A stretch of DNA of 53,688 nt from contig CAKPPI010000002.1 of assembly GCA_934177545.1 (NCBI GenBank), forward strand, positions 1 to 53,688, written 5' to 3'. Shown in pieces: positions 7,668 to 14,370 of this stretch. The first letter of the stretch is position 1, and the number at the start of each line of letters is the position of its first letter. Origin of the DNA: an uncultured Bacilli bacterium (lineage in GTDB: Bacteria; Bacillota_I; Bacilli_A; RF39; UBA660). The notes beneath the pieces are model-generated. The model did not search any database and was not told where the DNA came from. It was given only the letters and a program-made list of their open reading frames with translations. Position numbers and translations under genes: made by a program.

Positions 7668-8780
7668 TTAATGTATTTTTACAACACTTAATATCGCATT
7701 AGTACTTCCATTAAATGTTATGTTAACTGCCATAGATGGTTTTACATTTAATGTTATCAAATCATCTTTACTTAGTGCTACAATGGTAGATGAACTTATA
7801 GAATTAATTATTTGTGCTTGAAATTCACTAGTAATATTTGTTGCTGGTTGTAATATATCATTAGCTCTTACTGACATAGTTAAAGAACATTCTTCATTGG
7901 TAGCACCACATAATGAATAAGATATGAGATAAACTCCATTTTCTTTTATTTTAATTGAATTATCATCTGGATATTCGGTAAGAAAAGCTGCTCCTTTTTC
8001 AGGCAAAGGAATAATATTATCTGTTCCTTGAAGTAAAGCAAGTGGAGTAGTAGACATTGAATATCTAATCCCATAAGAAGATACAAATTCTGTTCCTGGT
8101 GGTCCGGCTGGTCCTTGTGGACCTCTTTCTCCAGTAGCACCTTTCTCTCCTTTTGGAATTAAAAATGCTAAATGATGTACCCAGTTTTCAAAGGTATCCA
8201 TAACTTGAGCTGGTTCACCTGGTTCTAAAGTTTCTGTCTCATCAATAGCTATATGTTCTGTTCTTCCTATTTCTCCTGGTAATCCCCTTGGTCCCATATC
8301 TCCTTGGTCGCCTTTCTCTCCTTTTGGTATTTTAAAATCTAAAACTACATCAACAGGTGTACCAGTATTTACAACTTCAGCATCTTCCGTTGAATCAACT
8401 GTTTCAACAGTTCCAATTTGAATAGTGGCTGGTCCTTGATCTCCTTTTTCACCTTTTATTCCTTGAGGTCCAATATCTCCTTTATCTCCTTTAGGTCCGG
8501 GAATTCCTTGGGGTCCTATTTTTCCCTCTATCCCTTGCTCCCCTTTTGGTATTCTAAATCTTAAAACTACATCTTCATTTGTACCGATATTTTCTACTTT
8601 AGCTTCTTGATGTGACTCTACTGTTTCTGTAATACCTACTTCTATAGTAGTAGGTCCTTGTACTCCTCTATCTCCAGTATCTCCCTTTTCTCCTTTAGGT
8701 CCTGTTGGTCCTTGAATATAACAATTTCTATATTTATCTATTCTTTTTTTTAACTTCTCAAAATTATCATTATTATACAT
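7668..8780 (-). CDS. Collagen-like triple-helix repeat protein with a possible C1q/BclA-like C-terminal globular domain
   Basis: 370 aa. Four Gly-X-Y tracts lie at aa 24-43, 80-117, 154-172 and 211-229. Three ~36-aa beta modules interrupt them (TIEVGITETVESHQEAKVENIGTNEDVVLRFRIPKG and variants). A ~140-aa beta-rich C-terminal head follows (aa 230-370). No signal peptide. Confidence 0.85.
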   Translation of the reverse strand: MYNNDNFEKLKKRIDKYRNCYIQGPTGPKGEKGDTGDRGVQGPTTIEVGITETVESHQEAKVENIGTNEDVVLRFRIPKGEQGIEGKIGPQGIPGPKGDKGDIGPQGIKGEKGDQGPATIQIGTVETVDSTEDAEVVNTGTPVDVVLDFKIPKGEKGDQGDMGPRGLPGEIGRTEHIAIDETETLEPGEPAQVMDTFENWVHHLAFLIPKGEKGATGERGPQGPAGPPGTEFVSSYGIRYSMSTTPLALLQGTDNIIPLPEKGAAFLTEYPDDNSIKIKENGVYLISYSLCGATNEECSLTMSVRANDILQPATNITSEFQAQIINSISSSTIVALSKDDLITLNVKPSMAVNITFNGSTNAILSVVKIH

Positions 8781-8830
8781 AACAACCTCCTATTAGTATA
8801 ATATACAAAAATAATAATAATTCTACTATT

Positions 8831-8858
8831 AAAGAAAAAAACTATTCCTTTGAATAGT
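8831..8858 (-). terminator. Rho-independent terminator after the 8871..9701 membrane protein gene
   Basis: Minus-strand RNA reads ACUAUUC-AAAG-GAAUAGU followed by UUUUUUCUUU. The 7-bp stem arms are at 8852..8858 and 8841..8847. Confidence 0.8.
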
Positions 8859-8870
8859 CTATTATAAATA

Positions 8871-9701
8871 TCATTTTGATAAAACTTCTGCTACAGATTT
8901 TGCCATTTTTCTTTTACCTTTTGTTGGAACAAAATTATTTATAAATAAATTATTTTCATTATGTTTCAAACCAAAATAAGCAAAGAAACTAAATACTAAA
9001 GCACCAACAAAGTTAACAAATAAATCTTTCATAGTATCGTTTATACCTATATCTAAATAACCGTTATCTATTGTTTGGATTATATTTCCCTTAGTATCAT
9101 AAACAACTGTTTTTCCAATATTATCAATTATGACTGGCTTATTTTTACCATCAGGATTTAATGCTACTGATGATATTTCTTGTACAATCGTATCTTTTTG
9201 CATATCGAGTTTTAATATTTTATCGCTTCCATATTCAAAAAATTCCCATAATACTCCTATTGTCATAGAAAAACAAAAAGCTACTAAGCACAAATAAAAT
9301 GGTGATAAATTAATATGTGTACTATTATTGTTTAATAAATTTACTAAGGAAAAACCAACAGCTGTTGCTAAAAATCCATTAATTGTATGTAGCATTGTAT
9401 CCCAATAAGGAATTATTCCATAGAAATTATTAATTTCACCTAATATTTCAGCAGAAAATATAAATAAGTATATAGCTATTTCTAATCCATCTGGCAAAGT
9501 TATTTCAAATTTATTTTGAATAAATAATGGTGCAAATAATAATATTAATGATAATAAACATAATAAAGCATTATTTAAATCTCCTCTTATAAGTTGAAGA
9601 ACCATACATAATATAACTAAAAATCTCAATATTAAATATATAGCTAGAGAACTTCTTTTATTTTCTTTATAAGACATTTTGATTAATTTTTGAACTTTCA
9701 T
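8871..9701 (-). CDS. Polytopic membrane protein of unknown function
   Basis: 276 aa with about six hydrophobic helices and one ~70-aa hydrophilic loop (QKDTIVQEISSVALNPDGKNKPVIIDNIGKTVVYDTKGN...). I cannot assign a family with confidence. Confidence 0.65.
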   Translation of the reverse strand: MKVQKLIKMSYKENKRSSLAIYLILRFLVILCMVLQLIRGDLNNALLCLLSLILLFAPLFIQNKFEITLPDGLEIAIYLFIFSAEILGEINNFYGIIPYWDTMLHTINGFLATAVGFSLVNLLNNNSTHINLSPFYLCLVAFCFSMTIGVLWEFFEYGSDKILKLDMQKDTIVQEISSVALNPDGKNKPVIIDNIGKTVVYDTKGNIIQTIDNGYLDIGINDTMKDLFVNFVGALVFSFFAYFGLKHNENNLFINNFVPTKGKRKMAKSVAEVLSK

Positions 9702-9716
9702 TTTTCTCTTTCTCCT

Positions 9717-10121
9717 TTAGTTTTGAAACTTAATTTGTTCTCCTGTATTTAATGCAAATGCAATATCCGGATGAGCATAAGTTCCAATACTATATCTCCC
9801 ACCTTTTGAAATTATTCCTATTGCTTTAGTCCTTTTTATCCATTGTGTTGGTGACATTGCAAACGAATTTTTACCATACTCAGTTTTAATTTGGTCGAAT
9901 TCGATCAAATTAAAATTCTGATTATGAATTTCTTCCCATAGGCCAATATAATCAATATTATTTATTTTTCTTAACCAATTTTTAACTGTAAAAGATGGCT
10001 CATTTGAGTTTTGATACTTCACTGAATCAATTAAAGAAATATAATTAACATTTCCAGCTCTTAGTATTCCCACTTTATTTTCTTTAACTATTATTTCTGC
10101 AGTTACTAAATCTTTTTTCAA
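9717..10121 (-). CDS. KilA-N domain protein, apparently C-terminally truncated (mobile-element remnant)
   Basis: 134 aa. NYISLIDSVKY...NWLRKINNIDYIGLWEEIHNQNFNLIEFDQIKTEYGKNSFAMSPTQWIKRTKAIGIISKGGRYSIGTYAHPDIAF follows the KilA-N DNA-binding domain pattern. It stops right after the AHxDIAF motif, whereas full-length relatives continue for more than 100 aa. Confidence 0.65.
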   Translation of the reverse strand: MKKDLVTAEIIVKENKVGILRAGNVNYISLIDSVKYQNSNEPSFTVKNWLRKINNIDYIGLWEEIHNQNFNLIEFDQIKTEYGKNSFAMSPTQWIKRTKAIGIISKGGRYSIGTYAHPDIAFALNTGEQIKFQN

Positions 10122-10429
10122 TCTTTTTTCTCATTCCTACTTAGATTTTAAAAGATATTAACAAATATAATTATTGTTCACACCTTTATTTTACTACATA
10201 ATTTTAATTTTTGTGAACAAGTTTTGAAATAAACACAAGTCAAAGCACAATGTTAATATCATTTTAAATAATTTTTTTAGTTGTAATAACTCCATTATTA
10301 TCTTCTATAAGTTGTAAAGTTTATTTTTCTTTATTCATAAGTATTATTTTCTTTAAATTTTATAATTCTATCTTCAAAAGAAAAATGTTATCATATTTTC
10401 TGTGATAGCATTCCTTATTTTATGCAGAC

Positions 10430-10479
10430 TTGCGAGCTTATTTACCACAACAATTTTTATATTTTTTTCCTGAGCCACA
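10430..10479 (-). repeat. Degenerate copy C of the secA 3' end (SEC-C codons, stop and the first 8 nt of the terminator)
   Basis: The minus strand encodes ..LCGSGKKYKNCCGK-stop with no start codon. By hand alignment, 42 of 50 positions are identical to 14318..14367. Weaker similarity extends to about 10413. Confidence 0.8.
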
Positions 10480-10603
10480 CAGATGCGATGTTTTGCAATT
10501 CTGAGATCTTAGATACTATTCTAATCACTTTAAAACACGTTATTTTATGTTAATTCACATTAAATCGTTTTTGGCAAAACTCTACTAAAATGTAGATAAA
10601 AAT

Positions 10604-12370
10604 TTATTTTAGTTTTCCATAATACATGTCACTAAAGATTCCTTCTTTTTCAATCAATTCATCATATTTTCCACTTTCTTCAATCTTACCTTTATTCAAT
10701 ACAATTATTCTGTCGCAATTCTTTAAAGTAGTTAATCTATGAGCAATTGCTATTATAGTAGTATTGTTTTCTTTTTGTAATTTTTCTATTTCACTTTGAA
10801 TATGTTTTTCTGATGTGTTATCAAGAGCACTTGTTGCTTCATCTAATATTAATATTTTAGGCTTTCTTAAGAATATTCTTGCAATTGCAATTCTTTGTCT
10901 TTGTCCTCCTGAAAGATTATTTCCACCTTCAGATATTAATGTATCGAATTTTTCTGGTAGTTCTTCTATATAATCAAGTATATAAGCTTTTTTAGCAGCT
11001 TCTTCTACTTCTTCTATTGATACTTCTCTATTAATTCCATAAGTAATATTTTCATAAATTGTTCCAGCAATTAAAAATGGATTTTGAGGAACTAAGGCAA
11101 TTATATTAGAAATATCTTTTCTATTTAAGTTATCAATATTTGTATCATCCAAAATGATAGTACCATCTGCTTTTTCTAATTTACAAATTGATTTAATTAA
11201 TGATGATTTACCGCATCCTGAAGGACCAGCTATTCCTAAATACATTCCTTTTTCTATATCAATATTGAAGTCTTTTAGAATTAACTTATCTTTATCTTCC
11301 GAATAGTGAAAACTTAAATTTTTTATATTTATAATTTCATCAGTTACTTCATTATTTAATTCTCTTTTCGTATCCAAATATGAAAAATCATTTGGTATTT
11401 CAACCATTTCAAAGAAATCACTTGCTAGTATTGTACATTCTGATACTTCATCAAATATTCTGTGTAATTCTTCTAATGGTTTTGTTAATTGATTAAAACA
11501 TAAATAAGCTGTTAATACAGCACCTACTGATATTATACCTTTAGTTGCTAAATAAGTAGATATTCCTATTATTAATACAGTGAACACCGCCTGATTTATA
11601 AATTTTAAACAATCATATAACGCCATCGCTTTATGATGCTTCATTTCTTTATTTCTTAAAAATTCAGATTTAGTATCAAATCTATTTGTTTCAAAGTCAA
11701 CACTATCACAAATTCTAATAACTTCTATTCCATTAATAAGTTCAACTATTGTTCCATCCATACTTGATTTTCTTTCTAACAATTCTACTCTTATACCTCT
11801 TTGACTATTTATTTGAGCTAAAACAATAGTAACACCTATAGGAATAACCATTAACATAGGTAAAGCAAGTGTAATTGGCAAAGTTAAGAAAATTGTTATA
11901 ATAGCAGCCACACTATTAAAAATAGCTGGAGCAAAATCCATAAATAATAATTTTTCTAATTTTATAGTACCATCTAAGCATCTATTCATTCTTCCATGAA
12001 TATTACCTATCATATTCTTTCTAAAATATGATAATGGGGCCATTAATAGTGATTTTATAACCATTCCACGAGCTTTTTTTTCTGTTCTTGTTGCAACATC
12101 TTCTACCATTACTCTTCTTATAATCTTGATTATTTCATTACCTACATTAACTACAAGAATCAAAATAAGAAAAGGAACAACTTTTTCAAACGTAACACCA
12201 TTTACATTTAAAACATCATCTGTTAACCATCCAATTGCTTTTGGAGTCATCTGAGTTAAAACAGCTGATACAATCATTATTAATATAATAATTAAAAATT
12301 TTATTTTTTGCTTAAAATCTAACAATCTATATATTTTTCCTAATACCTTCTTCAAATTATTTCTTTTCAT
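10604..12370 (-). CDS. ABC exporter, fused permease and ATP-binding half-transporter (MsbA/MdlB type)
   Basis: N-terminal six-helix TMD, then an NBD with Walker A GPSGCGKSS, signature LSGGQRQRIAIAR and Walker B ILILDEATSALD. I place the start at the ATG preceded by GAGGTG (MKRNNLKK...). The track ORF extends 15 codons further, to 12415. Confidence 0.9.
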   Translation of the reverse strand: MKRNNLKKVLGKIYRLLDFKQKIKFLIIILIMIVSAVLTQMTPKAIGWLTDDVLNVNGVTFEKVVPFLILILVVNVGNEIIKIIRRVMVEDVATRTEKKARGMVIKSLLMAPLSYFRKNMIGNIHGRMNRCLDGTIKLEKLLFMDFAPAIFNSVAAIITIFLTLPITLALPMLMVIPIGVTIVLAQINSQRGIRVELLERKSSMDGTIVELINGIEVIRICDSVDFETNRFDTKSEFLRNKEMKHHKAMALYDCLKFINQAVFTVLIIGISTYLATKGIISVGAVLTAYLCFNQLTKPLEELHRIFDEVSECTILASDFFEMVEIPNDFSYLDTKRELNNEVTDEIINIKNLSFHYSEDKDKLILKDFNIDIEKGMYLGIAGPSGCGKSSLIKSICKLEKADGTIILDDTNIDNLNRKDISNIIALVPQNPFLIAGTIYENITYGINREVSIEEVEEAAKKAYILDYIEELPEKFDTLISEGGNNLSGGQRQRIAIARIFLRKPKILILDEATSALDNTSEKHIQSEIEKLQKENNTTIIAIAHRLTTLKNCDRIIVLNKGKIEESGKYDELIEKEGIFSDMYYGKLK

Positions 12371-12542
12371 AAATACACCTCTATTACAACTATAACACAT
12401 TTTTACCAACACCACTTTCGAAGTGAACGATTCTTGTTTTTCCCTTTTGTTATAAGAATTTTAACGTATTCTTGAAAAGTTGTTAAATGTAGATAATGTG
12501 TAGATAGTGCTGTAGTCTTTACAATTTATACCATTTTTTCAA

Positions 12543-12588
12543 GCAAAGAAAAATCTCGCAAACTCTTTATTTATAAGGTTTTGCAAGC
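12543..12588 (-). terminator. Terminator copy belonging to secA-3' repeat B
   Basis: Minus-strand RNA after the remnant stop reads CUUGCAAAAC-loop-GUUUGCGAG followed by AUUUUUCUUUGCUU. It is homologous to the secA terminator at 14286..14325. Confidence 0.6.
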
Positions 12589-12633
12589 TTATTTGCCACA
12601 ACTTTGTTTGTATTTCTTACCACTTCCACATGG
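12554..12633 (-). repeat. Degenerate copy B of the secA 3' end (SEC-C codons, stop and terminator hairpin)
   Basis: The minus strand encodes ..LPCGSGKKYKQSCGK-stop with no start codon (an in-frame TAA lies 12 codons upstream of the first Cys codon). By ungapped hand alignment, 68 of 80 positions are identical to 14291..14370, including 35 nt of non-coding terminator sequence. Confidence 0.85.
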
Positions 12634-12764
12634 TAAAATATTAAAACAGCCAAGTAATTTTTCCTTTTAAACTGGTATTTTTTATTTTAATTTAATAATT
12701 TTTTATTGAAATATTGCAAGTTTTTATTCAACAACTTATCTAATAACTTATCTAAAAAATATAT

Positions 12765-13349
12765 TTATATCTTATGACTATGACTGTTTATTAATTTAAA
12801 GTATTCAACAACTTGATCAGCAACTTCTTCTGGTTCTAAATTAGTATTATTTATTTTCAAATGATTTGGACAAATTAATTCTCCATCATTAGAATTTAAT
12901 CTATACTTTTCCATTGTATCAAGTAAATCTCTTTGACTTCTTTCAACATCATTTTTTGTAAATTTTGATGCTAATCTGTGAGGAGTTACATTTCTTTCTA
13001 ATCTTGTTTTCACATCTGCTTCTAATTCAACAAAATAAAATTGCCCACCTGTTGCTTCAAACATATTTCTTAAATTATTTAAATACTCTATATCTTCTGG
13101 TGAATCAAAGGCTGTTACAAAAGTAAAAATCATATCTATATCATATTGTATTGTAGTATCAAATGCACCTTTTCTAATTATTTTGTTCAATTCTTTTTGT
13201 GCAGGTGTGCCCATACCAAATATTTTATCTGAAACTTCAATGCTATCGTGGTTAACCATTAGAGAATATCCTAATCGTTCTCTAATTTTTTCTGCTATTG
13301 TCATTTTACCAACAGCTTGTGGGCCAGACACCACTATTAAATTTGCCAT
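12765..13349 (-). CDS. P-loop NTPase / small-molecule-kinase-like protein
   Basis: 194 aa. The N-terminus LIVVSGPQAVGKMT is a Walker-A-like loop, atypical in having Met where Ser/Thr is usual. Size and layout resemble shikimate/adenylate-kinase-fold AAA proteins. Confidence 0.6.
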   Translation of the reverse strand: MANLIVVSGPQAVGKMTIAEKIRERLGYSLMVNHDSIEVSDKIFGMGTPAQKELNKIIRKGAFDTTIQYDIDMIFTFVTAFDSPEDIEYLNNLRNMFEATGGQFYFVELEADVKTRLERNVTPHRLASKFTKNDVERSQRDLLDTMEKYRLNSNDGELICPNHLKINNTNLEPEEVADQVVEYFKLINSHSHKI

Positions 13350-13353
13350 TTTA

Positions 13354-14169
13354 TCACTCCTTTATATACCCTAAATATTTTAATTTTTCTATATCTTCAT
13401 CATGATATTCTACTTTTGATTCTAAATTCCATATTGCATTAGGAGAATATTTTTCAGAATACTCTAATACTTTTGCAATATCAATTGTTCCATGGCATAT
13501 TCCTAAATGTTCGTCATCATTATGATCAGAAATATTTTGTTTTCCATGATTATTATGTAAATGATAATACGCTATTCTATCACCCAATTTCTCAATCCAT
13601 TTTTCAACTGGCATAACTGAATTAGCATGTGCATGTCCAATATCTAAACATACTTTTAGTCTGTCATCGGCTACACCATCAATTATTTGTATTAACATGT
13701 CACTATCTAATTCAAATTGATTTTCTATACAAATAGTTACTCTACTATCTTTGTCTTTTAAGAACTCTTTCCAAAAATTTATAGATCTCTCAATATACTT
13801 TGGATAATAATAAGTACCAACCTTATAACCATTATGAATAACTATTTCTGTGCAGCCAAGTTTTGAAGCAACTTGATATGCAGTATTTAAATACTTCATT
13901 ATTTTTTCATAATCATAGTAATCTTTTGTTCCTGTTTCAACACCAGCATGTGGGGCATGTAAACTCTTACCACAATTCATATTATCTAAAACTGATTTTT
14001 CTTTCAATAATTCTGTTTCTATTCTAGAATATACTTCTTCATCTGATTCCCCAATTTTTCTTGTTATTGAATCAGCAAAAGCTTGAACTTCAATTCCTAA
14101 TCCATTTTTATTACATCTTCCAACAGTTTCTTCAAATGAAGAATCGTCACATAATCTTATCTCTCTCAC
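13354..14169 (-). CDS. Xylose-isomerase-like TIM-barrel protein (sugar phosphate isomerase/epimerase family)
   Basis: It has metal-ligand-type motifs LHAPH, IVIHNG, ICIENQ, CLDIGHAH and HLHNNHG in the usual AP-endonuclease-2/xylose-isomerase-like order. The start is placed at the GTG preceded by AAGGAAGTGA. The track ORF extends to 14229. Confidence 0.75.
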   Translation of the reverse strand: MREIRLCDDSSFEETVGRCNKNGLGIEVQAFADSITRKIGESDEEVYSRIETELLKEKSVLDNMNCGKSLHAPHAGVETGTKDYYDYEKIMKYLNTAYQVASKLGCTEIVIHNGYKVGTYYYPKYIERSINFWKEFLKDKDSRVTICIENQFELDSDMLIQIIDGVADDRLKVCLDIGHAHANSVMPVEKWIEKLGDRIAYYHLHNNHGKQNISDHNDDEHLGICHGTIDIAKVLEYSEKYSPNAIWNLESKVEYHDEDIEKLKYLGYIKE

Positions 14170-14285
14170 AATAATCACTTCCTTTTTTATTATATAATAT
14201 ACACCTTGTTTTAAGGCTGATTTCACCAAAAAAACTTATCTAAACGCCTTTTTTGAAGTAAAATTACCTAAAAATTGTAAGTAGT

Positions 14286-14325
14286 AAAAAGCTTGCAAGC
14301 CCGTTATTTATAAGGCTTTGCGAGC
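14286..14325 (-). terminator. secA rho-independent terminator
   Basis: Minus-strand RNA directly after TAA reads GCUCGCAAAGCC-UUAUAAAUAAC-GGGCUUGCAAGC followed by UUUUUAC. The stem has one mismatch and one bulge. Confidence 0.7.
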
Positions 14326-14370
14326 TTATTTACCACAACATTGCTTATATTTTTTACCACTTCCACATGG
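14291..14370 (-). repeat. Master copy A of the repeat: the genuine secA 3' end plus its terminator
   Basis: It encodes the SecA C-terminus CPCGSGKKYKQCCGK-stop and the terminator hairpin. It is the template for the similarity to 12554..12633 and 10430..10479. Confidence 0.85.

Larger units (their letters stand above)
2047..14325. other. Accessory island splitting the normally adjacent secA and prfB genes
   Basis: secA-prfB adjacency is the common Bacillota arrangement. Here 12.3 kb carrying 13 non-core genes lie between them, together with secA-3' repeat copies and a KilA-N remnant. No recombinase gene is visible. Confidence 0.6.

Noticed and set aside
7946-8140. Nested minus-strand ORFs in alternative frames: 7946..8140 inside the collagen-like gene, 38574..38795 overlapping paralogue 2, and 53327..53554 inside dnaX.
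   Set aside because: They are out-of-frame shadows of longer genes with clear domain content. No RBS or motif supports them.
8094-8711. Periodic short repeats in the collagen-like gene, considered as a CRISPR-like or tandem-repeat array.
   Set aside because: The periodicity is the 9-nt Gly-X-Y codon pattern inside an intact reading frame. There is no repeat-spacer architecture anywhere in the window.
10438-12633. The SEC-C-like remnants (10438..10479 and 12589..12633) treated as genuine small zinc-finger protein genes.
   Set aside because: Neither has a start codon in frame, and copy B has an in-frame TAA 12 codons upstream of its first Cys codon. Similarity to secA also continues into the non-coding terminator, which marks them as duplicated gene ends.
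2047-14325. Calling the secA-prfB island an intact prophage, ICE or transposon.
   Set aside because: No integrase, transposase, relaxase, capsid or tail-assembly genes are present. Only a KilA-N fragment and att-like repeats remain, so it is reported as an accessory island or remnant rather than a mobile element.
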